Shown here in pieces: positions 19,390-27,678 of a DNA stretch of 64,000 nt (position 1 is the stretch's first letter; each line of letters starts with the position of its first letter). The notes beneath the pieces were generated by a model. The model did not search any database. It had not been told where the DNA came from and saw nothing but the letters and a program-made list of their open reading frames with translations. Position numbers and translations under genes: made by a program. The stretch spans positions 1 through 64,000 of the IMG/VR virus record IMGVR_UViG_3300037010_001702; one strand, given 5' to 3'.

Positions 19390-19836
19390 ATGAAAATTAC
19401 AGACAACACTCCTATGAGCGAAACTACTCCTACTTTCTGGCCCGCCGATATTGAAGATATGCACACCAAGTTTGGTGTTAACAAGGTCGTCGATACTCTT
19501 ACTAATGAACAACTCAAAACTTATCTTAAGTTCCGCTTGGATATGGTTCAAGAAGAAGTTACAGAAGCCCATGCTGCTTTTGAAGCAGCAGATGCTGATG
19601 GAATTGTTGATGCATTAATCGACGACATCGTCTTTGTAATCGGAACTCTTAATGTATTGGGTGTCGATGCTTATAAAGCATGGAACATTGTCCATGCAAA
19701 GAACATGGAAAAGTCTCCAGGTGTTAAAGAAGGTCGTCCTAACCCTTACGGATTCCCTGACTTGATTAAGCCGGCTGGATGGACCGCTCCTTCTCACCTT
19801 GACAACCTCGGCTTGCTTAGCAAGATTTTCAAATGA
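19390..19836 (+). CDS. MazG/PRA-PH-like dNTP pyrophosphohydrolase (candidate dCTPase/dUTPase)
   Basis: QEEVTE...DALID...NMEK...GRPNP.G.PDLIKP.GW.AP. Confidence 0.75.
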   Translation: MKITDNTPMSETTPTFWPADIEDMHTKFGVNKVVDTLTNEQLKTYLKFRLDMVQEEVTEAHAAFEAADADGIVDALIDDIVFVIGTLNVLGVDAYKAWNIVHAKNMEKSPGVKEGRPNPYGFPDLIKPAGWTAPSHLDNLGLLSKIFK

Positions 19837-20021
19837 AACAGATTAAATCTGTAGAATACGTTTACAATGGCAAAGAAGCTATTGTGACATACACTGATGG
19901 AACTAGACGAGTAGTTGCATCTGCAGCTGAACTCAATGAAGTTCAAGAAAACATTAATGTGCAGCAACAACGGCAAATCTTGATTGAGAAACCTCACCTT
20001 GCTGCAGGTAAACCAGTTTGA
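19833..20021 (+). CDS. Hypothetical protein
   Basis: Coupled ORF. Confidence 0.55.
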   Translation: MKQIKSVEYVYNGKEAIVTYTDGTRRVVASAAELNEVQENINVQQQRQILIEKPHLAAGKPV

Positions 20022-20094
20022 GATGAAGTATCTCAAATAGAAGAGCCGAAGCTCTTCTACAACTTTGATGTATAAGAAATAAAGGAAACAAATT

Positions 20095-20394
20095 ATGTCT
20101 ACAGCAAAAACAATCGCAGCAGTACAACGCTCTAAGCCATTCCAGAACTTGCTTGCCGCGGGTCTTCAATTGGTATCTACAGATCGTCAACTTCAAAATG
20201 GCACCCTTGCTTTCTCTGGAAAGATTAAGGCTGGTCGTAAGACAATCAAGCCTACCTACGCGGTCACTGCCAGTGGCGCGGTATTGAGCAATGAATTCGT
20301 TGCCCGTCGCGTAACAGCTGAAAAGGCGACTGATCAATACCGTCGGGGGCTCTCTGCAGTTTCTGAACTTCTTGACAAGAGATTGGCGGCTTAA
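20095..20394 (+). CDS. Small basic hypothetical protein
   Basis: AAGGA RBS, biased codon use, followed by a hairpin. Confidence 0.75.
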   Translation: MSTAKTIAAVQRSKPFQNLLAAGLQLVSTDRQLQNGTLAFSGKIKAGRKTIKPTYAVTASGAVLSNEFVARRVTAEKATDQYRRGLSAVSELLDKRLAA

Positions 20395-20413
20395 GCCAGG
20401 CAGCTCTCAGGAT

Positions 20414-20439
20414 ATGAAGGGAGCCTTGGCTCCCTTCAT
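20414..20439 (+). terminator. Hairpin, probable terminator
   Basis: ATGAAGGGAGCC-TT-GGCTCCCTTCAT. Confidence 0.65.
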
Positions 20440-20587
20440 TGTCTTAGATTACTTATCCCGCGATGAAGTGTGATGGGTGAAAGAGGAATGGGCAATGATG
20501 GTCAGAATGCAGCCAACTTGGAGTTGATCTCTCTGTTAAAACTGGGCCTACTGCCGATAAGTATTAATTCGATTACTTAGATAGTCT

Positions 20588-20618
20588 AAATAGGAGTCTT
20601 TGGGCTCCTATTTTGTTT
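20588..20618 (+). terminator. Hairpin with U-tract, probable terminator
   Basis: AAATAGGAGTC-TTTG-GGCTCCTATTT-TGTTT. Confidence 0.6.
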
Positions 20619-20668
20619 GAGCAGTGATAAATAAAAGGTAATAATTACCATATAACCTGCTCGAGAAT

Positions 20669-21643
20669 ATGAAACTACTTGTACTTGCAAACGCGCACCA
20701 TGAACTTATCAAGGAAGCTACGGTTGGAACTGCCAGCGTAGCCCTAGCCATGGAGAAGATGATCAAGTTTATCCAACGAAAGATGGATGAAAAGCTCATC
20801 AGGATTCCTGGAATTGAGCATTTTCACAATTCCACTGACAGCGGGTATGGTATTCGCTATGTATTTTCAGGTACAACGCGCTGTCTTCGCTTCAACTGGG
20901 GTTCTGAAGCTTCAGCTGGTAAGACTAGTGAGATTCACTCCATCGACATCTTCAATGGTAAGTCTGCTGATCCAACGTTCAGCATTCACTGCAAGGGTAT
21001 TTCCTTCGCGCAATCACTGCCAGCTCTTGTAGCAATTCTTCATTCTCCAACAATTGGTCATGTTCGTGCCTTCCCAGTTAGCCCTGTTGAAGCTTTGTCT
21101 GAGTCAGTTATCATGGAAGTTGCGCGGGATGCATTCTCGCCTGAAGCTGCTCTCAATGACTTCCTCGGAAAACTCGCAGCAGGCAAGACATTCACCCGTT
21201 CTGAATTCATTGGTTCCTACCACATTATCAATGCCGGTATCTTTGACACAGTCTTCAGGGACTTCAATGACAGGTTTCAAATTGATGCCAGGAGAGTTTC
21301 GCTAAAGCCAGGTTCGAAGATCGACTCTCTTAAGGACTCTATTCTTTCAAAGGCAGGAGTCATCACTGTAACCCAAGGTGGTACAGATGAATCCTTCATG
21401 AAGACCAAGCAGGAAGAGCAAGTTGAAAAGGATACCGCTGAACGCATTCCATTTGGTGACACCCTTGAACACTTGGAAGGTCTCGTAACAGGTACCATAA
21501 AGGGGGCATTCAACGCTCTCTTTGTTGCTGGTAAGGGTGGATCGTTTTCAGGTTCAACTCTTGTAAATGTTATGGTTAATAATTCATCAATAAATTTAAA
21601 TGATAATCATCAAACCGAAAACAAGATTGCCAATCATAATTAA
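20669..21643 (+). CDS. AAA-ATPase N-terminal half (291-aa N-extein) plus 33-aa N-intein
   Basis: Ends NALFVAGKGG|SFSGSTLVNVMV...; TAAATA at 20628. Confidence 0.8.
   Translation: MKLLVLANAHHELIKEATVGTASVALAMEKMIKFIQRKMDEKLIRIPGIEHFHNSTDSGYGIRYVFSGTTRCLRFNWGSEASAGKTSEIHSIDIFNGKSADPTFSIHCKGISFAQSLPALVAILHSPTIGHVRAFPVSPVEALSESVIMEVARDAFSPEAALNDFLGKLAAGKTFTRSEFIGSYHIINAGIFDTVFRDFNDRFQIDARRVSLKPGSKIDSLKDSILSKAGVITVTQGGTDESFMKTKQEEQVEKDTAERIPFGDTLEHLEGLVTGTIKGAFNALFVAGKGGSFSGSTLVNVMVNNSSINLNDNHQTENKIANHN
21542..21640 (+). mobile_element. Split intein N-fragment (Ser1)
   Basis: SFSGSTLVNV matches intein block A (C/S-F-x-G-x-T-x-V), directly after half a Walker A motif. Confidence 0.75.
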
Positions 21644-22655
21644 AACGATAGAAGAAATTATTCCTCATCTTAAACGAGTATCAAAAAGCTGGCGATCTTT
21701 AACACCACAAGTTAAAGATAGCCTTTTATCACTTCTTTCAAGAAATCCAATTTATTCAGGAATGAATCTATTTCATCTAGACTTACGTAAAGATGTTTTA
21801 CACATGCGATCCGGGACATTTTCTAGTGATCAGTATAAAAATATATTTGGATGGAGTGAAGAAGAAATAAGTTCATTAATAAAAAGTAAGGATAATATAA
21901 TAAAAAATTCTTCTGGAGGTTTAACTCCGTGTATGAAAGAATTTTGGATTAAACATCACGGATTATCTGAAAAAGATGCTATTAAAAAAGTATCAGAAAT
22001 CCAAACTAAACTAAGTAAAAGAAAAAAGAAAACTGTTTTTAACAATCCAATTTCTTTACAATATTATTTGCAAAGGGGTATTAATAAAGATGAAGCAATT
22101 AGGGCACAAAGTGAAGTTCAAAAGAAAAGAAGAAATAACTGTATCGAGTATTGGTTAAACAAGGGATATTCAAAGGAATATGCGAAAAAGGAAATATCTA
22201 ATTTACAAAAACTTAGAAGTAAATTAAGTATAGAATATTGGTTACACAGAGGATACACATTAGAACAAGCACAAAAAGAAGCCTATCTTGCACAAAAAGC
22301 TCAGATGCCATCAAAAGTTTCAAAAATATCCAAAAAATTTTTTACCGAATTATTATTAGAGCTTAAAAAATATGGTTATTTAGAAAATGAATTCAAGTAT
22401 GGTGATAACGAAGAATGCATTTATATTAGTTCAAAAAGACGCATATATTTAGATTTTTATCATCAATTAACTAAGAAGGTAATAGAATTTGATGGAAAAT
22501 ATTGGCATTCTGAAAAAACCATAGAAGATGAAAAAAGAGATAAAATGCTAAAAGAATTAGGTTATTCGGTTTTAAGAATTCCAGAAACATATGATAATGA
22601 ACTTTGGAATAAATATCTTATTCAGGCTGTTGAATTCATCGTAAAGGAAAATTAA
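21600..22655 (+). CDS. Free-standing endonuclease (Vsr/DUF559-like) inserted between the intein halves
   Basis: LDFY...VIEFDGKYWH...DEKRDKMLKELGYSVLRI; four [EQ]-[YF]-[WY]-[LI]-x-x-G...A...Q repeats; AT-rich. Confidence 0.8.
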   Translation: MIIIKPKTRLPIIIKTIEEIIPHLKRVSKSWRSLTPQVKDSLLSLLSRNPIYSGMNLFHLDLRKDVLHMRSGTFSSDQYKNIFGWSEEEISSLIKSKDNIIKNSSGGLTPCMKEFWIKHHGLSEKDAIKKVSEIQTKLSKRKKKTVFNNPISLQYYLQRGINKDEAIRAQSEVQKKRRNNCIEYWLNKGYSKEYAKKEISNLQKLRSKLSIEYWLHRGYTLEQAQKEAYLAQKAQMPSKVSKISKKFFTELLLELKKYGYLENEFKYGDNEECIYISSKRRIYLDFYHQLTKKVIEFDGKYWHSEKTIEDEKRDKMLKELGYSVLRIPETYDNELWNKYLIQAVEFIVKEN

Positions 22656-22656
22656 T

Positions 22657-23067
22657 ATGCAGTATATACAAGTCAATATGTATTGGCTAGAGCAGTATGT
22701 TAAAGACACATATAAGATTGAAGAACTAGAAATTGGGCACTTGTACAAAATTTCTGATATAATGATTGAAACCCCAAATGGGTTTAAACCTACTATTGGA
22801 TTTATAAAGAAAAAGGGAAATCAAGCTTTTGTTGAATTTGAGTCAGGTATCAAGCATGAGTGTCTTTCCAATCATATGTATATTGCCGAAAATGGAAAAG
22901 CACATTTTGTTTATAATATGGTGCCAGGAGATAAAATTCGTACAAGAAATGGTATTGATATTGTTAAAGCTGTAACAATTACCGAAAATGAGATGTTTGC
23001 TTATGACTTATCTGTTGATTCTAATGATCAAATTTTTGTAACAGCAGATGGTATTCAAAGCCATAAT
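22657..23067 (+). mobile_element. Split intein C-fragment (137 aa; His-Asn|Thr+1)
   Basis: ETPNGFKP, block B ECLSNH, PGDKIRT.NG, block F AYDLSV, block G DGIQSHN|T. Confidence 0.9.
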
Positions 23068-23709
23068 ACAGGTAAGACACAGACTGTTGAAAAGGTTCTT
23101 CATAATCATGGTTTGTCAGATGGTAACGGTTACTTCAAGAATACTGGTACGGCTTCCGCACTCGGTATCTACTCGCTTCTCTACAAGCACCGCGACGGCA
23201 TTCTTTTGTTTGATGACTCCGATGGAGCTTTGGCCGATCAAGATGGTCGTAACCTTATCAAAGCAGCTACTGATACCAAGAAGCACCGCAAGATTGCTTG
23301 GAACAAAAAGTCTGCAGGTATGTATGATCCAGAACATGAAGATGCAGAAGAGTATGCAGAAGATGCGGACAAGTTGCCACGGCATTTTGAATTCACTGGG
23401 CGCATCATCTTTATTTCTAACTTGCCATTAAGCAAGCTTGATCCAGATGGTGCGCTTCGAACTCGAGCCTTCGTCATCAACATCGATCCAACGGATGAAG
23501 AGCTTTACGAGCACATGGAAAAGATTCTTCACGAAATTAAACTCGAAGATGGCCTTTCACTCTCAAATGAAGAACGTGAGAATGTTCTAACAGTTGTCAA
23601 GAAGTCAAAGCGCAAGGGAGATGTATCTCTTCGTAAGCTTGTTCGAGCTCTTAACCTTGCAGCATCTGGTGCGCCCAACTGGGAGCGCCTGGTTTCCCTA
23701 TATGCATGA
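22657..23709 (+). CDS. C-intein plus AAA-ATPase C-terminal half (213-aa C-extein)
   Basis: SHN|TGKT, LLFDDSD, LIKAATDT, FEFTGRIIFISN, ALRTRA, SLR. Confidence 0.85.
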   Translation: MQYIQVNMYWLEQYVKDTYKIEELEIGHLYKISDIMIETPNGFKPTIGFIKKKGNQAFVEFESGIKHECLSNHMYIAENGKAHFVYNMVPGDKIRTRNGIDIVKAVTITENEMFAYDLSVDSNDQIFVTADGIQSHNTGKTQTVEKVLHNHGLSDGNGYFKNTGTASALGIYSLLYKHRDGILLFDDSDGALADQDGRNLIKAATDTKKHRKIAWNKKSAGMYDPEHEDAEEYAEDADKLPRHFEFTGRIIFISNLPLSKLDPDGALRTRAFVINIDPTDEELYEHMEKILHEIKLEDGLSLSNEERENVLTVVKKSKRKGDVSLRKLVRALNLAASGAPNWERLVSLYA

Positions 23710-23730
23710 CCTGTTTTTGCCGATTTCTAT

Positions 23731-23759
23731 AATACTCTTATCTAAACAATGAGAGTATT
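23731..23759 (+). promoter_or_regulatory. Hairpin sequestering the RBS of the downstream endonuclease
   Basis: AATACTCTTAT-ctaaaca-ATGAGAGTATT, 5 nt before the ATG at 23765. Confidence 0.55.
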
Positions 23760-23764
23760 TTATT

Positions 23765-24595
23765 ATGGAAAAGAAATATGTAAGAGCATCAAACAGAAAA
23801 CATCACATAGTTTATAAAACGACATGTATAGAAACAAATGCATTCTATATAGGCATGCACAGCACTGATAATCTAAATGATGGTTATCTGGGAAGTGGGG
23901 TTAGGCTTAGAAAATCGATTAGAAAATATGGTGAAGCTGCACATAAGACTGAAATCTTATTCGAATTAGAAAATAGACAGGCTGCATCAGATAAAGAAAG
24001 AGAACTTATTACTGCTGAACTAAGAAAGGATCCAAAGTGTATGAACTGCGGACCTGGTGGTGAAGGCTATTATGATAGACCAGCTACTAAAGAAGAAACG
24101 TCAGCTAAACTTTCTAAAGCTTCTAAGCAATATGTTCGCACTAAAGAGTGGTATGAAAAAGTAGTAGCTACTCGAAAAGCAAACAACAGTTATACTCATA
24201 CCCCAGAAGCAAGAGAAAAGATTAGAGCTTCTCTAACCGGTAAAACTTTAACTGAAGAGCACAAGAAGAAAATATCAGAAGGTGGTACTGGGCAGAAGAG
24301 AACAGAAGAAACATGTTTGAATATCTCTAAGTCTCTAAAGGGAAAGAAGTTTAAATCTGGGGTAGATAGAAAACCTGTATCAGAAGAAGCTAAAGAGAAT
24401 ATTAGACAAGATCGCATTGGTAAAAAGCACTCTGAAGAAGCCAAATCTAATATGCGAAAACCTCATAAAAAGCCAAAAACCCGCCAATGTACTGTAGATG
24501 GTATAAATATCTATCAATCAGTAAGTCAAATGGTTAAAGCTTTAGGTTCTGGTCAAAATAGTCGGAGATCACCAAATTTTAGGTGCATAATATGA
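23765..24595 (+). CDS. Seg-like GIY-YIG homing endonuclease with NUMOD3 repeats
   Basis: IVYKTT...FYIGMHST.NLNDGYLGSG; HTPEAREKI, TEEHKKKIS, HSEEAKSNM. Confidence 0.9.
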   Translation: MEKKYVRASNRKHHIVYKTTCIETNAFYIGMHSTDNLNDGYLGSGVRLRKSIRKYGEAAHKTEILFELENRQAASDKERELITAELRKDPKCMNCGPGGEGYYDRPATKEETSAKLSKASKQYVRTKEWYEKVVATRKANNSYTHTPEAREKIRASLTGKTLTEEHKKKISEGGTGQKRTEETCLNISKSLKGKKFKSGVDRKPVSEEAKENIRQDRIGKKHSEEAKSNMRKPHKKPKTRQCTVDGINIYQSVSQMVKALGSGQNSRRSPNFRCII

Positions 24596-24897
24596 AAACT
24601 TCATTCAAACAGTTCGTTCAAGAAGGTCCTATACTTGATAAGGTGAAGAAATTTTTCAAGAAGAAAGAAGTTATTCCTACTGACCCACGAATGAAGCCTG
24701 CTTTCATTCAAGCAGGTGGTGAAAAGAAGTATGACATCATGGGATGGCAAATCGGATGGTTTTGTTGTCAAGCAGATCCATCAGGAGATCCAAAAGAAAT
24801 TTTCAACAAGATGTATTATGGTGGCGGAAGCCCTATCTCATTTGATGAGAAGTCTTTTTACGCTGGATTTAAAACTTGCAGAGAGATGGCATCCTAA
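24592..24897 (+). CDS. Small protein with capsid-targeting-like leader
   Basis: MKTSFKQFVQE|G; start reassigned to ATG 24592. Confidence 0.65.
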   Translation: MKTSFKQFVQEGPILDKVKKFFKKKEVIPTDPRMKPAFIQAGGEKKYDIMGWQIGWFCCQADPSGDPKEIFNKMYYGGGSPISFDEKSFYAGFKTCREMAS

Positions 24898-24898
24898 A

Positions 24899-25930
24899 AT
24901 GATTTCCTTCAAGCAATTTATTACCGAAATGGGCGGTTGGTCTAAGACTATTACGCAAGACGTAAAGCTTACCCCAGCTACAGCAAAGAAAGCATTAGCT
25001 AATATGCCTAAATTCGAAAAAGAGTTTAATGCTTATTTGAAGACGCACGATTATGCTCCTATTAAAATTGGTAAGCCAATCGGTTCAACTGCATATCTTG
25101 AAAGAGATTTGAAGGAGCATCCAGATAAAGAATATGGAGACATTGATATTATCTTTTCAATGCCACGTATTCAAGGGACAACTGAGAGCAAGAATCAATC
25201 CCTATATCGTCAAATGGTTATCTCATTCATTAAGGATGAAAAACCTTCTTACATTTACGATGGTGGTTCTGAAAATGGAACTAATATTACCGTCTCAGTA
25301 GGAGATGATAAGTGGGCGCAAGTAGATTTAGTAGCAGCATTTACTGAGACTGAGGATTGGACTACCCATCGTATGACCCCCGAGTATGGATTAAAGGGAG
25401 CTCTAATGGGATTCCTTTATGCTTCATTAAGTGAGTTATTAAATGTAAGTATTGGCACTTCTGGTGTTCAAGTAAAACATATTGATGGTGAAATGGTTCC
25501 ATTTAAGAAAATAAAGGTTGATAGCGTTAATACTATTACAACTGATATTGGACATTTTGCTTTAGATACTTTCAATTACCTATACAATCGCACTCATGCT
25601 ACTGGAAGCAAACCGAAAATTGCTCCACTACTTAATTCAAACCCCGGTATGAAGAGAGGAGATATTAAATTCGACGATTTAGCAAATGCTGTTCGCGGAA
25701 TGGGCAAGTCTTTTGAGCTTAATAATATGTGGGGCCAGGGCGATTTGAAACATATTAAAGACTACTCTGATTTTATATCGAAAGTCAAGGCATCCTATAT
25801 TGCTAAGGCAGAAGATGCAGCAAATGCATCGAAATTTGAGAAAGCAGCTACTGTTGATGCGAAGAATAGAGCTGAAGCTACAAAAGAGATGCTTAGATCT
25901 AAGTCAAAAGAACTCATAGCAAAACTGTAA
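24899..25930 (+). CDS. Second Pol-beta-superfamily nucleotidyltransferase with leader
   Basis: MISFKQFITE; PIGST...YGDIDII...AQVDLV; start reassigned from 24716. Confidence 0.7.
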   Translation: MISFKQFITEMGGWSKTITQDVKLTPATAKKALANMPKFEKEFNAYLKTHDYAPIKIGKPIGSTAYLERDLKEHPDKEYGDIDIIFSMPRIQGTTESKNQSLYRQMVISFIKDEKPSYIYDGGSENGTNITVSVGDDKWAQVDLVAAFTETEDWTTHRMTPEYGLKGALMGFLYASLSELLNVSIGTSGVQVKHIDGEMVPFKKIKVDSVNTITTDIGHFALDTFNYLYNRTHATGSKPKIAPLLNSNPGMKRGDIKFDDLANAVRGMGKSFELNNMWGQGDLKHIKDYSDFISKVKASYIAKAEDAANASKFEKAATVDAKNRAEATKEMLRSKSKELIAKL

Positions 25931-26016
25931 CAGAGTTACAAGAATTGTTACACATTTTGGTTACAAAATAACCTGAAAACTGTGTACTTTCCTCAGGTTG
26001 TAGGGTATAATTACTT
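25927..26016 (+). promoter_or_regulatory. Early promoter cassette 1
   Basis: GTAAC/GTTAC array, TGTACT-N17-TATAAT, CAGGTT in spacer. Confidence 0.8.
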
Positions 26017-26349
26017 ATGACCAAAAAGCTAAAGTCCTCCAGAAAGCGTAGAACCGATAGATCTCACATCATCTATCTTCTTACTAACTGCGTTACCTCG
26101 GAAACCTACATTGGTCTGGCTGTTTGTGTAGATCGTTCGGGCAAGGAAACTTTAGCTGCTCGTTGGTCACGTCACGTAGGTCGTGCCTTCAATCAAGACA
26201 AAGGCTGGAAGCTTTGCGAATCCATTCGTAAGTATGGTCCAGAAGTTTTCCACAAGGAAATCATTTGCTTTGTTCGTGGTAAGGCTGCAGCCCACACTCT
26301 CGAAACCCAACTGAAGAAAGAAGGCCGCCCGGCCTTGAATACTGTATGA
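26017..26349 (+). CDS. Small GIY-YIG nuclease
   Basis: IIYLLTN...YIGL...RW..H...L.ESIRKYG...E. Confidence 0.75.
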   Translation: MTKKLKSSRKRRTDRSHIIYLLTNCVTSETYIGLAVCVDRSGKETLAARWSRHVGRAFNQDKGWKLCESIRKYGPEVFHKEIICFVRGKAAAHTLETQLKKEGRPALNTV

Positions 26350-26642
26350 TGCCCATTACTATGTCTCAACGTGATGCTCTCTTTGAAGCTGGTTATGCTG
26401 CTCGAAAAGCTGAACGTCCTCGTGCTACTGCTACTTGCGTAAAGTTTGCTGAGATCATGAAGGAATTTCCCGGCTTTGATCTCAAAACCTTTGAAGTTCT
26501 GTGCCATGAATGGTATGAAGGTTTCGATGCTTACACTGATGACATTATTGCTGCGACATTCGATGATGATGAATTCTTCTTAGCCAAGACAGTTGCTAAG
26601 AAGCAAAAACGTGCAGCTCGCCTGGCTCATGCAGGAGAATAA
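26346..26642 (+). CDS. Hypothetical early protein
   Basis: Coupled ORF. Confidence 0.65.
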   Translation: MMPITMSQRDALFEAGYAARKAERPRATATCVKFAEIMKEFPGFDLKTFEVLCHEWYEGFDAYTDDIIAATFDDDEFFLAKTVAKKQKRAARLAHAGE

Positions 26643-27275
26643 ATGTTTCAAAATCAAGAAACCTTTCTGCCTGGTATGCGGCGACATACCTTCAAGCCCA
26701 AGACAGTTTTCCACCGGGTTGCTACCTTCACCTTCGAAGAAGGTATGTATGTTATCAACCACATCAAACAGAAGAATCTCCATGGTGTTGAAGTTGAGGG
26801 TATCACTGATCCGCAATCTACTCGCATCCGTATGATCGCAAATGGTCAAACTGCTTGCGTTAAATGCGGCCTGAAAGGTAATCACTTCTACATTGAACGC
26901 CACAAGAAAGATTTGGCTAGCAAGTACAGTCTCAATCTGTATGCTCTCACAGAAGATGGTTTTGAAGTCATGATGACGTGGGATCACATCATCCCTAAGT
27001 CTCTAGGTGGTTCAAACCGGCTGTGGAATGCTCAGTGCATGTGTCAAAAGTGCAATGCTGCTAAAGGCAATTATCTGAGTTTGGCTGAGCTGGTTGAGAT
27101 TGGCAGTCATAAGAATGCTCACCTCATGTATAGCTTGCCGCAAATACAACTTAACAAGGACAACGGAATTACACGTACTTTGAAAGATGTTCGTGAGATG
27201 AACCAGAAATGGGAAAATACTCAAGCTGTGCCAGTGTTTAAGAAAGCTGACCTAACGGAAACTGCAAATGTCTAA
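26643..27275 (+). CDS. HNH endonuclease-domain protein
   Basis: CVKCG...TWDHIIPKSLGGSN...NAQCMCQKCNAAKG. Confidence 0.85.
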   Translation: MFQNQETFLPGMRRHTFKPKTVFHRVATFTFEEGMYVINHIKQKNLHGVEVEGITDPQSTRIRMIANGQTACVKCGLKGNHFYIERHKKDLASKYSLNLYALTEDGFEVMMTWDHIIPKSLGGSNRLWNAQCMCQKCNAAKGNYLSLAELVEIGSHKNAHLMYSLPQIQLNKDNGITRTLKDVREMNQKWENTQAVPVFKKADLTETANV

Positions 27276-27678
27276 AGAACTATTCACCGTAAATTATGAC
27301 AAGGTGCTGAGTGATCCCAGTATCTCGGCTTTGACCAAGCTGACTGCCATGGAGCTGAAAACTCAACAGTACCTGACGCTTGCTGAGTTCATTCAAGGCT
27401 TGAGCGAATCTGACTTGGAAGGTTTGGTGCAATCATTCGACAAGTTGTCTGATGATCGTGTCATCAACGACGTCATTATACTTGCAGAGATTGTCGCAAG
27501 TGGTGAAGGTGATAGCATTTTCAACAATGATGAGAATGAGCGGATGTCAAACCTCTGCTATTTTGTGAATGTGGTTACGTGTGAATCACTGAAGCGCAAG
27601 GGATTGATTACGATTGATTACAAAAACGTAACATTTGATCCTGCATACAAAGACAAAATTTTTGCAAAGGTGGTCTAA
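27268..27678 (+). CDS. Hypothetical protein
   Basis: Coupled ORF, 136 aa. Confidence 0.7.
   Translation: MSKELFTVNYDKVLSDPSISALTKLTAMELKTQQYLTLAEFIQGLSESDLEGLVQSFDKLSDDRVINDVIILAEIVASGEGDSIFNNDENERMSNLCYFVNVVTCESLKRKGLITIDYKNVTFDPAYKDKIFAKVV

Noticed and set aside
21542-23067. Group I intron interrupting the ATPase
   Set aside because: Protein-level intein blocks A, B, F and G sit exactly at both junctions, and there is no non-coding room for an intron core.
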